A DNA stretch of 64,000 nt, from positions 3,348-67,347 of the forward strand of contig JAGBNQ010000031.1 in NCBI GenBank assembly GCA_017634275.1, written 5' to 3'. The DNA is from Ruminococcus sp. GTDB lineage: Bacteria > Bacillota > Clostridia > Oscillospirales > Ruminococcaceae. The position numbers and the translations under genes are program-made. Shown here piece by piece: positions 47,948 through 58,399 of the stretch; positions within the stretch are counted from its first letter, which is position 1; every line of letters begins with the position of its first letter. Under the pieces are notes generated by a model. That model searched no databases. It saw only the letters and a program-made list of their open reading frames with translations, and had not been told where the DNA came from.

Positions 47948-48940
47948 TCAGTTATTGATCTTCTCAAAGCCTATGCCTTTAAAGTAAAACGCCATTATCT
48001 GCTCACAGCTTTTGCCGTTTTTGGCAAGCTCGTTTGCACCGTACTGGCTCAGACCTACAAGATGACCGCAGCCGCAGACGGTGAAAATAAAGCTGCCGTT
48101 TTCGTAGGTGAACTTGAAATGCGGTGAGCGCAGGTCAAATATCGCCATAAAGTCATAGCCGCTGATGACTTTTTTCTTGTCGCCTAAGCCTATGCCCAGA
48201 ACTGTTCCGCCGCGTGAAGTCTCGCTTATGTCAAGCCACGTTTCGGGATCGCCCTTAAATTCAAGCTCGGGGTAGGCATCAAGCAGCTTTTGCTTTAGCT
48301 CATCATCTGTGATGATATATTTTTTGGCATAGTCCTTGCTTGACGGGTCAAACTCGCTCTCAACGCTTTTGAGGTAGGGGATATCTATCCCCCACGCATT
48401 CTCGGCACTTTCTGTAAAGCCCGAGGATATTCCGTGAAAAGCGGAAACTATCGGCTTTGAGTTGTATACTGCGATAATGTCCTTAACATCGTCAACGCAT
48501 TTTGCTATTTTTTTCTTGGCCTCTGCCGCCTTTTCGCCGTAAAATGATTCAATATCTTTGTCGCTGAAATAGGGCTGATAGAGCTTTTTATCAAGGCTTA
48601 TATCTGCGCCCAAAAGCTCCTTGGTAGGGCTTTCCTGCTCGGCTATCCTGCGAGAGATTATGTAGGTGTGCGCAAGGACAGCCTGACATTTGAGCGCCTC
48701 CTCCTCATATTCATAGGGCATCTGCGCGGCTACCGCACCTATGAGGTATTCCCTTATCGGCAGCTCTATGATATTTCCGCCCTGCGTGTCAAGGATTTTT
48801 ACGGTCTTTATCTCGGGCAGCGTGCTTTTTAAGACGGTACTGCCTATTTTTTGCGGCTTTTCGCCCGAAAGAATGGCTATCATTGGTATAAGCGTCATAA
48901 AAAGAATAAAAATAATTACAGCCTGAAAGTATTTTTTCAT
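47948..48940 (-). CDS. spoIID: Stage II sporulation protein D (SpoIID/LytB)
   Basis: EYLIGAVAAQMP..EALKCQAVLAHTY, PYLKSVES, LRS, GCGHLVGLSQYGAN. Confidence 0.85.
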   Translation of the reverse strand: MKKYFQAVIIFILFMTLIPMIAILSGEKPQKIGSTVLKSTLPEIKTVKILDTQGGNIIELPIREYLIGAVAAQMPYEYEEEALKCQAVLAHTYIISRRIAEQESPTKELLGADISLDKKLYQPYFSDKDIESFYGEKAAEAKKKIAKCVDDVKDIIAVYNSKPIVSAFHGISSGFTESAENAWGIDIPYLKSVESEFDPSSKDYAKKYIITDDELKQKLLDAYPELEFKGDPETWLDISETSRGGTVLGIGLGDKKKVISGYDFMAIFDLRSPHFKFTYENGSFIFTVCGCGHLVGLSQYGANELAKNGKSCEQIMAFYFKGIGFEKINN

Positions 48941-48961
48941 GTTTCTCAGCTCCTTTTTTAT

Positions 48962-48991
48962 ATTGATATGCACCTTGTCCTTAATGTATTC
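48962..48991 (-). promoter_or_regulatory. Possible SigE-type promoter of spoIID
   Basis: Minus strand GAATACA-14-CATATCAA resembles the sigma-E consensus; spoIID is SigE-controlled in Bacillus. Confidence 0.45.
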
Positions 48992-48992
48992 A

Positions 48993-49021
48993 TTGACATT
49001 AGCTTACGTTTTTGTTATAAT
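48993..49021 (+). promoter_or_regulatory. SigA promoter
   Basis: TTGACA-17-TATAAT. Confidence 0.8.
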
Positions 49022-49042
49022 TATATATGGGAGTGTGATAAT

Positions 49043-49480
49043 ATGAATATAACGCCGTACACAAGACACGCTTATTATTATGAAACGGATAAAATGGGGA
49101 TAGTTCACCATTCAAACTACGTCCGTATACTGGAGGAGGCAAGGGTAGACCTTATGGCAAAGGCAGGGCTGCCATTTACTGAGGTGGAGAAGGCAGGGCT
49201 TATGATACCCGTGCTTTCGGTAAGCCTTGATTATAAGTTTCCACTGAGGTTTGATGATGAGTTTGAGGTAAGGTGCAGGGTGACTGACTTTAACGGCTGC
49301 AAGTTCTCACTTAAATACGAGGTTTGGAACTTAACTACCGATAAGCTCACAGTCAGCGCGACTACGAGCCACTGCTTTACAGATGATAAGCTAATGCCCG
49401 TAAGGCTTAAGAAGAAATTTCCCGAGATATATGAGATATTTTCACAGTTTGCAGATGACGGAAAGGAAGATGAAAAATGA
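49043..49480 (+). CDS. YbgC/FadM-family acyl-CoA thioesterase
   Basis: YYETDKMGIVHHSNY..EEAR hot-dog motif. Confidence 0.9.
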   Translation: MNITPYTRHAYYYETDKMGIVHHSNYVRILEEARVDLMAKAGLPFTEVEKAGLMIPVLSVSLDYKFPLRFDDEFEVRCRVTDFNGCKFSLKYEVWNLTTDKLTVSATTSHCFTDDKLMPVRLKKKFPEIYEIFSQFADDGKEDEK

Positions 49481-50733
49481 GCATAATTAGAGATGAGTCA
49501 CTCTGGGAGAGCGGCGAGAGGAAGATCAACTGGGTGCGCCATAATATGCCCCTTTTAAACGGACTGGAGGAGCGCTTTTTAAAGGAAAAGCCCTTTGCAG
49601 GGCTAAAGGTCGCACTTTCTGTTCATTTGGAGGCTAAGACTGCCTACCTTTGCAAGGTTCTTTCGGCAGGCGGTGCAGATATGTACATAACGGGCTCAAA
49701 CCCCCTCTCAACGCAGGACGATGTTGCGGCGGCGCTTGTTCATGACGGACTTAATGTTTTCGCGTGGTATGGCGCTACCGATGAGGAATACCACAGCCAC
49801 ATCTCCGAGGTGGTAAAGATAGGCCCTAACATCATCATTGATGACGGCGGCGACCTTGTAAATATTATGCATAACGAGTATAAAGACCTTATTCCGCAGG
49901 TGATAGGCGGCTGTGAGGAAACTACTACGGGCATTATCCGCCTTTTGGCTATGAATAAGGAAAAGGCGCTCAAATTCCCGATGGTTCTTGTCAATAATGC
50001 GCGCTGCAAGCATTTCTTTGATAACCGCTACGGCACGGGGCAGTCAGTCTGGGACGGGATAAACAGAACTACAAACCTTATCGTTGCAGGCAAGAATGTT
50101 GTCGTTGCAGGCTATGGCTGGTGCGGCAAGGGCGTTGCTATGAGGGCTAAGGGGCTCGGCGCTAAGGTAATAATAACCGAAATTGACCCCGTAAAGGCTG
50201 CCGAGGCTGTAATGGACGGCTTTAGTGTTATGAAAATGACGCAGGCGGCTAAGATAGGTGATTTCTTTATAACCGTCACCGGCTGCAAGGACGTTATCTG
50301 CGAGGACAGCTTTGTTAATATGAAGGACGGCGCTATCCTCTGTAACGCAGGGCATTTTGACTGCGAGGTGGATGTGGCAGGCCTTGACAGGATAGCCAAA
50401 AACAAATTCCTTGCAAGAAACAACATCGACGGCTATACGCTTGAAAACGGCAGAACGCTTTATGTAATAGGCGAGGGCAGGCTTGTAAACCTTGCCGCAG
50501 GCGACGGCCACCCTGCCGAGATCATGGATATGTCATTCGCTATTCAGGCACTTTCGGCGCTTTATCTGGCTCAGCACAGAGATGAAAAGCATGAGCCCGG
50601 CGATATGGTGATAGGCGTTCCCGACAGCGTTGACAACGAGGTGGCACGCGAAAAGCTGAGGCACTGGGGCTTTGAGATAGACACCCTCACCCCCGAGCAG
50701 GAAAGGTATTTAAACAGCTGGAACGTTGAATAA
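49477..50733 (+). CDS. ahcY: Adenosylhomocysteinase
   Basis: SNPLSTQD, IDDGGD, EETTTG, KHFFDNRYGTGQS, GYGWCGKG, GRLVNL..GHP. Confidence 0.96.
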   Translation: MSIIRDESLWESGERKINWVRHNMPLLNGLEERFLKEKPFAGLKVALSVHLEAKTAYLCKVLSAGGADMYITGSNPLSTQDDVAAALVHDGLNVFAWYGATDEEYHSHISEVVKIGPNIIIDDGGDLVNIMHNEYKDLIPQVIGGCEETTTGIIRLLAMNKEKALKFPMVLVNNARCKHFFDNRYGTGQSVWDGINRTTNLIVAGKNVVVAGYGWCGKGVAMRAKGLGAKVIITEIDPVKAAEAVMDGFSVMKMTQAAKIGDFFITVTGCKDVICEDSFVNMKDGAILCNAGHFDCEVDVAGLDRIAKNKFLARNNIDGYTLENGRTLYVIGEGRLVNLAAGDGHPAEIMDMSFAIQALSALYLAQHRDEKHEPGDMVIGVPDSVDNEVAREKLRHWGFEIDTLTPEQERYLNSWNVE

Positions 50734-50857
50734 TTAAGGCTATGAGCCTTGCTGTGCTGAAAGGATATTTTATCAGCTCATGTGAACCTGCTATGCCTGA
50801 CCGTATATTTTTCACCGCTTTGCACATAATAAAGGCGAGATATGGGGGCGGTGAGGA

Positions 50858-51346
50858 TTGACAAGACTGAAACTTGAAAATACGGCGGTGTTTTTTGTGG
50901 GGGCGTTTTGCTATGGGCTTTGCGAGCTGGCAGCAAGGGGCAGAACTCACATTACTATGGGGCTTTTGGGCGGTATAGCTATGCTTTTTATACACGCCCT
51001 TAATGACAAGCGCCGAAAAGGAATGCTGATGATCCTTGCCGCTTTGGCAGGGGCGTTGTTTATAACCGCACTTGAATACATTGCAGGGCTTATACTTAAT
51101 ATTAACCTCGGGCTCGGGATATGGGATTATTCATCGCTTTCTTTTAATTTCCGCGGTCAGATATGTGTCGAGTATTCTATTAAATGGTGCTTTATCTCCC
51201 TTATTGGAATGCTTTTTGATGAGTTTTTAAGATGCTTTGTTTTCAAGGAGCAGGCTTTTTTGATAAACAGAGGGCGGCTGCATTTTCCCTCGCTTGAAAG
51301 GCTTAAGGCAGCACTTAGCCCTTTGAAAGGAATAATAATAAAATGA
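50858..51346 (+). CDS. Putative ABC-permease-like (CmpB-type) membrane protein
   Basis: RGRTH..M, ITALEYIAG, IWDYS..FNFRGQIC. Confidence 0.7.
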   Translation: MTRLKLENTAVFFVGAFCYGLCELAARGRTHITMGLLGGIAMLFIHALNDKRRKGMLMILAALAGALFITALEYIAGLILNINLGLGIWDYSSLSFNFRGQICVEYSIKWCFISLIGMLFDEFLRCFVFKEQAFLINRGRLHFPSLERLKAALSPLKGIIIK

Positions 51347-51987
51347 CTAAAAAAGAAAAGGCTGTTATTATTTGTGACAGATTAGAGCAAAGATACCCCG
51401 ATGCAAGGTGCTCGCTTATATACAAAAAGCCGCACGAGCTTATGATAGCCGGGCGGCTCTCGGCGCAGTGTACCGATGCAAGGGTAAATATAGTAACTAA
51501 AGAGCTTTTTGAAAAATACAAAACTATCGGGGATTTTGCAAATGCCGATATTGCCGATATCGAGCGGATAATAATGCCATGTGGGCTGTATAAGACAAAG
51601 GCGCAGTCGATAGTTGGAATGTGCCAAAAGCTTTTGAGCGACTTTGGCGGCGAAATACCTAAAACGATAGATGAGCTTACCACCCTCCCGGGGATAGGCA
51701 GAAAGACCGCAAACCTTATCATGGGCGATGTTCACCACAAGCCTGCGATAGTTACCGATACACACTGTATAAGGATCTGCGGCAGGCTCGGGCTTTCAAA
51801 GTCAAAGGAGCCTGCAAAGGTCGAGCAGGAGCTTTTGCCCGTTATCCCGAAAGAGCGCTCGTCGGACTTTTGCCACAGACTTGTGATGTTCGGCAGAGAT
51901 GTATGTAAGGCAAGGGGCGAAAAATGCGCAGAGTGCGAGATGACTGATATTTGTACATACTTTAAATCAAAGCAGAAGATAAAGTAG
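51343..51987 (+). CDS. nth: Endonuclease III
   Basis: LSAQCTDARVN, HhH LPGIGRKTAN, DTH, Fe-S motif C-x6-C-x2-C-x5-C. Confidence 0.95.
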   Translation: MTKKEKAVIICDRLEQRYPDARCSLIYKKPHELMIAGRLSAQCTDARVNIVTKELFEKYKTIGDFANADIADIERIIMPCGLYKTKAQSIVGMCQKLLSDFGGEIPKTIDELTTLPGIGRKTANLIMGDVHHKPAIVTDTHCIRICGRLGLSKSKEPAKVEQELLPVIPKERSSDFCHRLVMFGRDVCKARGEKCAECEMTDICTYFKSKQKIK

Positions 51988-52266
51988 CCCGAGCAGCAGC
52001 TTGAAATCGCCCCCGTTTTTATAAATGATGTAAATGAGCATTCCAATAAGAGCCTTTTCCTCGTCAATTTTTATCGAGCCTAAGTCAAAAAGCTCTTTTG
52101 GGCTGCTCTTTTTGTTGTCATCTGTATCATGGGCAGGTGTCGGGGCAGGGGAGCTGCTGCCGCTGACATAGGCGCTTGCGCGGCGGTGCATTTCCCTTGC
52201 GCGCTCTATCGCCTCGCGCTGCATACGGTTTAAGTTTTCATCATTTGAAAAGTCCAAGCCCGTCAC
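51967..52266 (-). CDS. Hypothetical protein
   Basis: MQREAIERAREMHRRA; hydrophobic C-terminus; last of a three-gene run. Confidence 0.65.
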   Translation of the reverse strand: MTGLDFSNDENLNRMQREAIERAREMHRRASAYVSGSSSPAPTPAHDTDDNKKSSPKELFDLGSIKIDEEKALIGMLIYIIYKNGGDFKLLLGLLYLLL

Positions 52267-52663
52267 CTCCCAACAGTCCGCTCTCCTTTAAGGCAGGGTA
52301 AGCCGCAAGCAGGCGGAAAATGCTTATCACTCTGTCTATCTTCGCCTGCTTTTGCTCGCTTACCATAGGCTTTAGCGCAAGCAGAAGATTGACAGAGTCA
52401 TCATTCTGTGTCGCTGCCGATATCACCGAGCCGAGCTTAAGCATCATAGCAGGGTCTATTCCGCCCGTGCTGCTGTTACTGTTATCATTTTGTGCATTGC
52501 CGCCAAGGAGCGAGGAAAGCTGCGCAAGGCCGCCACCGCCGCCGTTTTCGCCTGCGGGCGGAGAATTGCTGCTGCCCGAGAGCATTTTTGCAAGCTCGCT
52601 TATCTGCGCTAATGCCTGCTCATCATTAAGCACGCTTTGCAGCCCCTTCATAAGGTCATCCAA
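52241..52663 (-). CDS. Hypothetical protein
   Basis: DDSVNLLLALKP..KIDR motif; RBS GGGGGA. Confidence 0.7.
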   Translation of the reverse strand: MDDLMKGLQSVLNDEQALAQISELAKMLSGSSNSPPAGENGGGGGLAQLSSLLGGNAQNDNSNSSTGGIDPAMMLKLGSVISAATQNDDSVNLLLALKPMVSEQKQAKIDRVISIFRLLAAYPALKESGLLGGDGLGLFK

Positions 52664-52665
52664 AT

Positions 52666-52911
52666 CTATTTCCCCCCAAGCTTGCGGTAGATGTTTTTAG
52701 CACCCGGGGCGTTCAGGTATTTTTCGGCCGATTTTGGGTCTTTAATAGCGTTTTGCAAAATTCTGCCGTTATCGCCCGTCATTTTGTTTATTGCCCTTTC
52801 AAGCGAGCCGTCATTTATCTGCTGCTCTAACCTCTCCGGGGTAGTTCCGAGCTTTTGCGATGCCATTTTTATCAGCGCTTTCAAAGCCTTGTCATCAAAT
52901 TTCTGCTGCAT
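52666..52911 (-). CDS. Hypothetical protein
   Basis: ATG at 52911 with RBS AAGGAAG; ASQKLGTTPERL. Confidence 0.65.
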   Translation of the reverse strand: MQQKFDDKALKALIKMASQKLGTTPERLEQQINDGSLERAINKMTGDNGRILQNAIKDPKSAEKYLNAPGAKNIYRKLGGK

Positions 52912-53029
52912 ATTGAATCTTCCTTTCGTTAAAAAAATATCATTTTTAAAATTTATTTGTCTATTATAGTTTATTAATATATTTATGATATAATAAGCTA
53001 AATAATTCTGTAAAGGGGAGGGGTCAGCC

Positions 53030-53506
53030 TTGCGAATAATAGTTTTTTCGGACACGCACGGGCATTTTTCCGCAATGCATAAGATATTCAAGCGCAATTC
53101 CTCGGCTGACTGCTTTATCTTTTTGGGCGACGGGCTTGATGACCTTGAGGAGATAAAAGAGCTATACCCCGATAAGCAGATACTCTGCGTAAGCGGAAAC
53201 TGCGATTTCGGTGCTCAGTATCCGAGTGCCGATGTTGCGGTGATAGGCGGTATTAAGATATTTTTCACCCACGGGCACAGGTTCGATGTTCGCTTTACCA
53301 ATGCAAAGGTGCGCCTTAAGGCTATGGAGCTGGGCGCTAAGATAGCGCTTTACGGGCATACCCATTGCCGCTATTATGAGTACCTTGACGGGATACATAT
53401 TTTAAACCCCGGCTCTGCCGCGCAGCCGCGTGACGGGCTGCCGCCCTGCTATGCCTTTATCGACATTACACCAAAAGGGATAATGTGCGCCCATGTTGAT
53501 CTATAA
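53030..53506 (+). CDS. YfcE/MJ0936-family metallophosphoesterase
   Basis: SDTHG, LGD, GNCD, THGH, GHTH, NPGS. Confidence 0.92.
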   Translation: MRIIVFSDTHGHFSAMHKIFKRNSSADCFIFLGDGLDDLEEIKELYPDKQILCVSGNCDFGAQYPSADVAVIGGIKIFFTHGHRFDVRFTNAKVRLKAMELGAKIALYGHTHCRYYEYLDGIHILNPGSAAQPRDGLPPCYAFIDITPKGIMCAHVDL

Positions 53507-53539
53507 TATGCGCTTTTTGTAAAAAGAGTTACAATTTAT

Positions 53540-53578
53540 AGGACAGATGCTTGTTTTTTGAGTATCTGTCCTTTTTTA
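53540..53578 (+). terminator. Rho-independent terminator
   Basis: AGGACAGATGCT..AGTATCTGTCCT-TTTTT. Confidence 0.75.
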
Positions 53579-53768
53579 TGTACTAAAATGCAGCTTAGAG
53601 CGGTTTTTTAAATAAAAATGTTAGTTTTAGCCAAAAAGCGGCAGAAAAATTCTGCTATTTTGACGAACAAAAAATGAGCGATTTGTTGCAGATTTGTTGC
53701 GTGAAATGTGTTATAATAAATGTAGTGTTTTTATGACACAATTATTAGTTATATTTGGAGGAAGATAT

Positions 53769-54407
53769 ATGAACAAAACAAACAAATATCTCAACATCGC
53801 ACTCAGAGTAATGATCTTTGCATCATTTATAATGATCTTCGTTCTCTGGGGCTCATTATTCAAGGCGGCTGGCGATACATTTTCAAAGGATATGGATATG
53901 AACGGCCTTTCATCGTCGGAGCAGACCGAGGCCATAGTTGAGCGCTTTTTAGAAAACATTGATAAGTTTATAGGCGCATTCAACCTTTATAAGGTCGAGC
54001 TTGTTATGCTTGCTGTCACAGCAGTGCTGAGCATTCTTACAAGGTATAAGACAAGAGCGGTATCGTTCGTTTTCAGAACGCTCGCACTTGTTTTGCAGGT
54101 GGGTATATTCTTCTCGGGCCTTGCTCTCCCACAGGCATTTTCAAAGCTTGGAACATATAAGGACCTTGCTATTTCCGCAACAGATAAGGACAGCCTTGTT
54201 CAGAGCCTTACCGATAACGGCGTGACTGCGTCAGATATCGATAAGATAGCTGATACTCTTACAAGCCAGCAGGAGATAGGCAATACCTTGCTTGCATACT
54301 TAGGTGTTCCGTTTGTTCTTTTTATTCTTGTAATAACATCTATCCACTGCCTTGCAAAGAGAAATGACCCTAACAACCCCCAGTCTGATAATGACGAAAA
54401 TAATTAA
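53769..54407 (+). CDS. Hypothetical membrane protein
   Basis: Four TMs; RBS GGAGG. Confidence 0.7.
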   Translation: MNKTNKYLNIALRVMIFASFIMIFVLWGSLFKAAGDTFSKDMDMNGLSSSEQTEAIVERFLENIDKFIGAFNLYKVELVMLAVTAVLSILTRYKTRAVSFVFRTLALVLQVGIFFSGLALPQAFSKLGTYKDLAISATDKDSLVQSLTDNGVTASDIDKIADTLTSQQEIGNTLLAYLGVPFVLFILVITSIHCLAKRNDPNNPQSDNDENN

Positions 54408-54422
54408 TTAGGAAGTGAAATA

Positions 54423-55343
54423 ATGGAGTACATTCTTCAAACACATGACCTGACCAAGACCTACGGCAAGAAGGACGCCTGCAAGGATATCAATATTAAT
54501 ATCCGCGAGGGCGAGATATACGGCCTTATAGGAAGAAACGGTGCAGGCAAGACAACTATCATGAGAATGATAAGCGGCCTTTCAAACCCCACAAGCGGCA
54601 GCTATGCCCTCTTTGGCAAGGAAGGCGCTGAAATGAGAAAGATGATGAATAAGGTGGGCGTGCTTATAGAGCATCCCGGCCTTTATCCTAAGCTTTCGGC
54701 TAAGGAAAACATAAAGATAAAGTGCATAGCTATGGGCGTTGATAAGAGCCAGGAGTATATCGACGGCCTGCTAAAGATAGTAGGACTTGAAAACGTGTCA
54801 AACAAAAAGGGCGCGGGCGAGTTCTCTCTCGGTATGAGGCAGCGTCTGGGTATCGCGCTTGCACTTGTTGGCGACCCTTCTATGATAATTCTTGATGAGC
54901 CGATAAATGGCCTTGACCCTCAGGGTATCGTTGAGGTGCGCCATACACTTGAGCGCCTGAGAGATGAAAAGGGTATGACGATAATGATATCCTCACATAT
55001 CCTTGATGAGCTTGGAAAGCTTGCCGATTCCTACGGCATCATTCATGAGGGCAAGCTGCTTGACCAGTTTACGGCTGAGGAGCTTGGCCACCGCTGCGGC
55101 GAGTTTGTTTCTGTCAACACAAATAACAATGAGAATGCTATGGAGGTTCTTGGCAAGGCAGGCTTTACACAGCTCAGTATCGACAATAACGGCTTTATAA
55201 GAGTTTCCGAGCAGCTTGAAAATACTCCTGCAATGGCTAAGGCAATAGTTAATGCCGGTTTAGACCTTAAGGAGCTGTTTATAAAGAATATTTCTCTTGA
55301 GGACTACTATCTTAATGTTACAGGAGGTGAGCATAATGGGTAA
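54423..55343 (+). CDS. ABC transporter ATP-binding protein (BcrA/lantibiotic-immunity type)
   Basis: GRNGAGKT, FSLGMRQRLG, ILDEPINGLDP, SSH. Confidence 0.92.
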   Translation: MEYILQTHDLTKTYGKKDACKDININIREGEIYGLIGRNGAGKTTIMRMISGLSNPTSGSYALFGKEGAEMRKMMNKVGVLIEHPGLYPKLSAKENIKIKCIAMGVDKSQEYIDGLLKIVGLENVSNKKGAGEFSLGMRQRLGIALALVGDPSMIILDEPINGLDPQGIVEVRHTLERLRDEKGMTIMISSHILDELGKLADSYGIIHEGKLLDQFTAEELGHRCGEFVSVNTNNNENAMEVLGKAGFTQLSIDNNGFIRVSEQLENTPAMAKAIVNAGLDLKELFIKNISLEDYYLNVTGGEHNG

Positions 55344-56145
55344 TGTTATAAGAAGTGATATCTACAGACTTTTCAGACAGAAATCGCTTTATATCGTAAT
55401 GGGAATAGTTGCATTGCTCAATTTTGCGCAGGGACCGATACTTAAAATAATATATAATTTGACAAAATCTATCGCATCGGAAGATAATGTCGCTGAGATC
55501 GGTGAATTTATGAGCGAAATGAAGTTTTCTACTATCCTCAGCGAGGCACTCGGAAATGTTGATACCGTGCTTGTGCTTTTGGTGGTAATATGGTTTGCAT
55601 ATGCTGACCTTGCACACGGCTATATCAAGAATATCGCAGGCCAGCTCTCCAGAAAGGGCAATATAGTTGTTTCAAAGACTGCTGTTACGGGCTTTATTTT
55701 CCTTATAATGATGCCGTTTGCAGTTATTTTCCAGGTAATAGGCTACAGCCTTGTAACAAAGGTGACATTTGATAACATAACCGATGGCCTTATCATATTC
55801 GCAGTCAAGTACGTCTGCCTTGTGGCGATCGGCGCTATTCTGCTGCTTATCGTTGTAGGCGCTCATTCTCAGGTGTTCGGCGCGGTTGTTGCGGTGCTTA
55901 CGGGCGCAGGCTTTTTGCAGCTTGCATACCTCGGTATCAATTCCGCGATAGACAAGATCTTTAAGACTAAAAACTTTGATATCAACGAGTATATGCCCGA
56001 CAGCGTGTTACATGGCAACTTTGTTAACGACGCGGGAGACCTTGAAACCACGCTTTTGATAAAGGGCGTTGTTTCTGCGGCTGTTGTTATAGCTGTCATC
56101 ACACCTATAACTATTTCTATTTTCAATAAAAAGGACGTCAGCTGA
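55336..56145 (+). CDS. ABC-2 type permease
   Basis: IRSDIYRLFR start, GYIKNI, six TMs, terminal KKDV. Confidence 0.85.
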   Translation: MGNVIRSDIYRLFRQKSLYIVMGIVALLNFAQGPILKIIYNLTKSIASEDNVAEIGEFMSEMKFSTILSEALGNVDTVLVLLVVIWFAYADLAHGYIKNIAGQLSRKGNIVVSKTAVTGFIFLIMMPFAVIFQVIGYSLVTKVTFDNITDGLIIFAVKYVCLVAIGAILLLIVVGAHSQVFGAVVAVLTGAGFLQLAYLGINSAIDKIFKTKNFDINEYMPDSVLHGNFVNDAGDLETTLLIKGVVSAAVVIAVITPITISIFNKKDVS

Positions 56146-56173
56146 TAGCAAAAAAATGAAAGGAAGTGTGAGT

Positions 56174-57385
56174 ATGGACGAGAACAAGACCACCGAGGCA
56201 GAAGAAAAAACGGTGGAAAACACTCCCAAAACAAAAAAAGGCAAAAAGGTCAAGTTTTACGATATAACAGCTGAAAATGATATAACCTACAAGGGGCCGC
56301 TGTCCTACAGATACCTTAAAATAATCGGCTGGGCTTTGCTGGCGCTTGCCTGCCTTGGAACAGTATTTGGGCTTTATTCCTCATATATTGATAAAAGCTA
56401 TGAGCTGCCTTCAAGGATACTGAAATACGGTAAAGAGCTTTCGGTGTCGATGCTCCTTATAGGTGCGTTTGCAACAGTTTTGAACGGCCGCGGTGATTAT
56501 AAAAGGGTGCTTATGACTAATGCCTCTATAGCTATGGGGCTTGTGCTGTTTTCATACTTTATGTATGAAAGATACATTGTCACCCTTGGCGGCGCTTTCT
56601 TCGGAACAAGGGAAAATGCAAGAGAGGTAGTAGGGCTTGCTTTTGCAGAGGAAAGCTCTCAGGGCTTTATGAGCTTTAACATCTTTATCGACCTGACGCT
56701 TTGTACGCTTGTCATGTTTTTTGTAAACTATCAGCCGAAAAAGTATTTTCAGGGCAAAAAGATAATACTGTTCAGAATGCTTGTTCTTATACCGTTTGCG
56801 TATGAGATAGTTTCACTTGTTCTGAAAATTCTTGCATCTACTCACAAAATATCTCTTTCGGTATACATATTCCCGTTCCTGACAACTAAACCGCCTGTAA
56901 GCTTTCTGCTGTTTTTATCTATTGCAAGATATTTTAAAAAGACAGAGAAGAAATTCCTCAAAAAAGGCAAGACCCACGAGGATTATGAGGCTTACCTTGA
57001 AACCAACCATAACTCACTGCGCTTTTCAAAGTACCTTTCATTAAAGATATTAAAGTACGCTTTAATAGATATGATTCTGGCAATAATAATGACAGCCGTT
57101 TACCTTACTGTATCGGGGCTTGATTTGGAGGCTGAGGGTACGAACGAAAAGGCAATAGATATGGTATTTGCCTGGGGCATTGGTGAAACTGTCGGTATGA
57201 TAATCATGATACCTGTTCTGCTGCTTTTCTCCTATACAAAGACCCACAAGAACAGGCTGCTCGATATCGCTGTTCCCATTACGGGCGTTGCTGTCATAAT
57301 TCTTATCTATATGGACGGCCTTTTCCAGTTCGGCTGCGACTTCCTACGAACAGCAGCTGATAAACTGACAAGCTCATTAGGATAG
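56174..57385 (+). CDS. Multi-pass membrane protein
   Basis: About nine hydrophobic segments. Confidence 0.7.
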   Translation: MDENKTTEAEEKTVENTPKTKKGKKVKFYDITAENDITYKGPLSYRYLKIIGWALLALACLGTVFGLYSSYIDKSYELPSRILKYGKELSVSMLLIGAFATVLNGRGDYKRVLMTNASIAMGLVLFSYFMYERYIVTLGGAFFGTRENAREVVGLAFAEESSQGFMSFNIFIDLTLCTLVMFFVNYQPKKYFQGKKIILFRMLVLIPFAYEIVSLVLKILASTHKISLSVYIFPFLTTKPPVSFLLFLSIARYFKKTEKKFLKKGKTHEDYEAYLETNHNSLRFSKYLSLKILKYALIDMILAIIMTAVYLTVSGLDLEAEGTNEKAIDMVFAWGIGETVGMIIMIPVLLLFSYTKTHKNRLLDIAVPITGVAVIILIYMDGLFQFGCDFLRTAADKLTSSLG

Positions 57386-57392
57386 TGGTATT

Positions 57393-58304
57393 ATGAAAAT
57401 AAGCAGAAATAATGTATTAAAGGGCTTTGAGGTACTGATGCTTTTTATGGCAATATTGCTGTTCATAAGGTTTCAGACCACCCCCGTGCAGAGCGGCAGC
57501 CCCGATCAGGTCATACTTGCATTTGCATTTGCATCAATGGGCTTTGCCGACTTTGCAAGGGCATTCAGAGTAAAAAAAAGCGATAAATACGAAAAGGTAA
57601 GATACATAGGGCTTGGTATTGTATACTTTGCGGGAACTGCCATTATTGCGGCAGCAAGCCTGAATACTGCGCTGAGGTTCTCGCTCGGGCTGTATATAAT
57701 TTCACTTGTCTTTTCAAGGATAATAACCGTTATCAAGCGGCCGAGCAAGAAAATGAAGGTCATAAATACTATCCTTGCGCTGCTGATATCTATGACTATG
57801 GTGTTACCGTTTGATGTAGATGAGTTATCATTATTCTTAATGGTAATGGTGTTAATGCCGTTCTTTATTATGATTCAGGTGTTTGTAAGGCTGCTTGCCA
57901 TATCGCTTTCGCAGATAAGGTTTGATATCCTAAAAAAGATATTTATAAAGTCAATGGCGACAGAGGTGCTTGTGGGGCTTATGATACTTATTATATCTTT
58001 CTCATTAGTCCTGCCAACCTATGAGCCTTCGATAGAGAACTTCAGAGATGCGCTGTGGTACTGCTTTGCGATAGTTACCACGATAGGCTTTGGCGATATT
58101 GCCGCCGTGACACCCGTAGGAAGATTGCTTTCTGTTATCCTCGGAGTTTACGGCATCATAGTTGTAGCGCTCGTTACCTCGATAATCATAAACTTCTATA
58201 CCGAGACTAAGGACGTTAAGATGTCAGATGACTCGGGTGATGAAGAAAATGAAGAAAAAGAGCAGGAGGATTCTGAACTGAGCGAGAATAAAGCTACAGA
58301 ATAA
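57393..58304 (+). CDS. Potassium channel family protein
   Basis: DALWYCF..VTTIGFGD selectivity filter, GRLLSVIL. Confidence 0.88.
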   Translation: MKISRNNVLKGFEVLMLFMAILLFIRFQTTPVQSGSPDQVILAFAFASMGFADFARAFRVKKSDKYEKVRYIGLGIVYFAGTAIIAAASLNTALRFSLGLYIISLVFSRIITVIKRPSKKMKVINTILALLISMTMVLPFDVDELSLFLMVMVLMPFFIMIQVFVRLLAISLSQIRFDILKKIFIKSMATEVLVGLMILIISFSLVLPTYEPSIENFRDALWYCFAIVTTIGFGDIAAVTPVGRLLSVILGVYGIIVVALVTSIIINFYTETKDVKMSDDSGDEENEEKEQEDSELSENKATE

Positions 58305-58311
58305 AACTAAT

Positions 58312-58350
58312 ATCCCGATAAGGCGAAATGAGTGCTTTATCGGGATTTTT
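58312..58350 (+). terminator. Rho-independent terminator
   Basis: ATCCCGATAAGGC..GCTTTATCGGGAT-TTTT. Confidence 0.75.
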
Positions 58351-58399
58351 GCGGCCATACGGCAAGGCGTGGTGAGGTATGGGGATAAATAAAAAAGAA

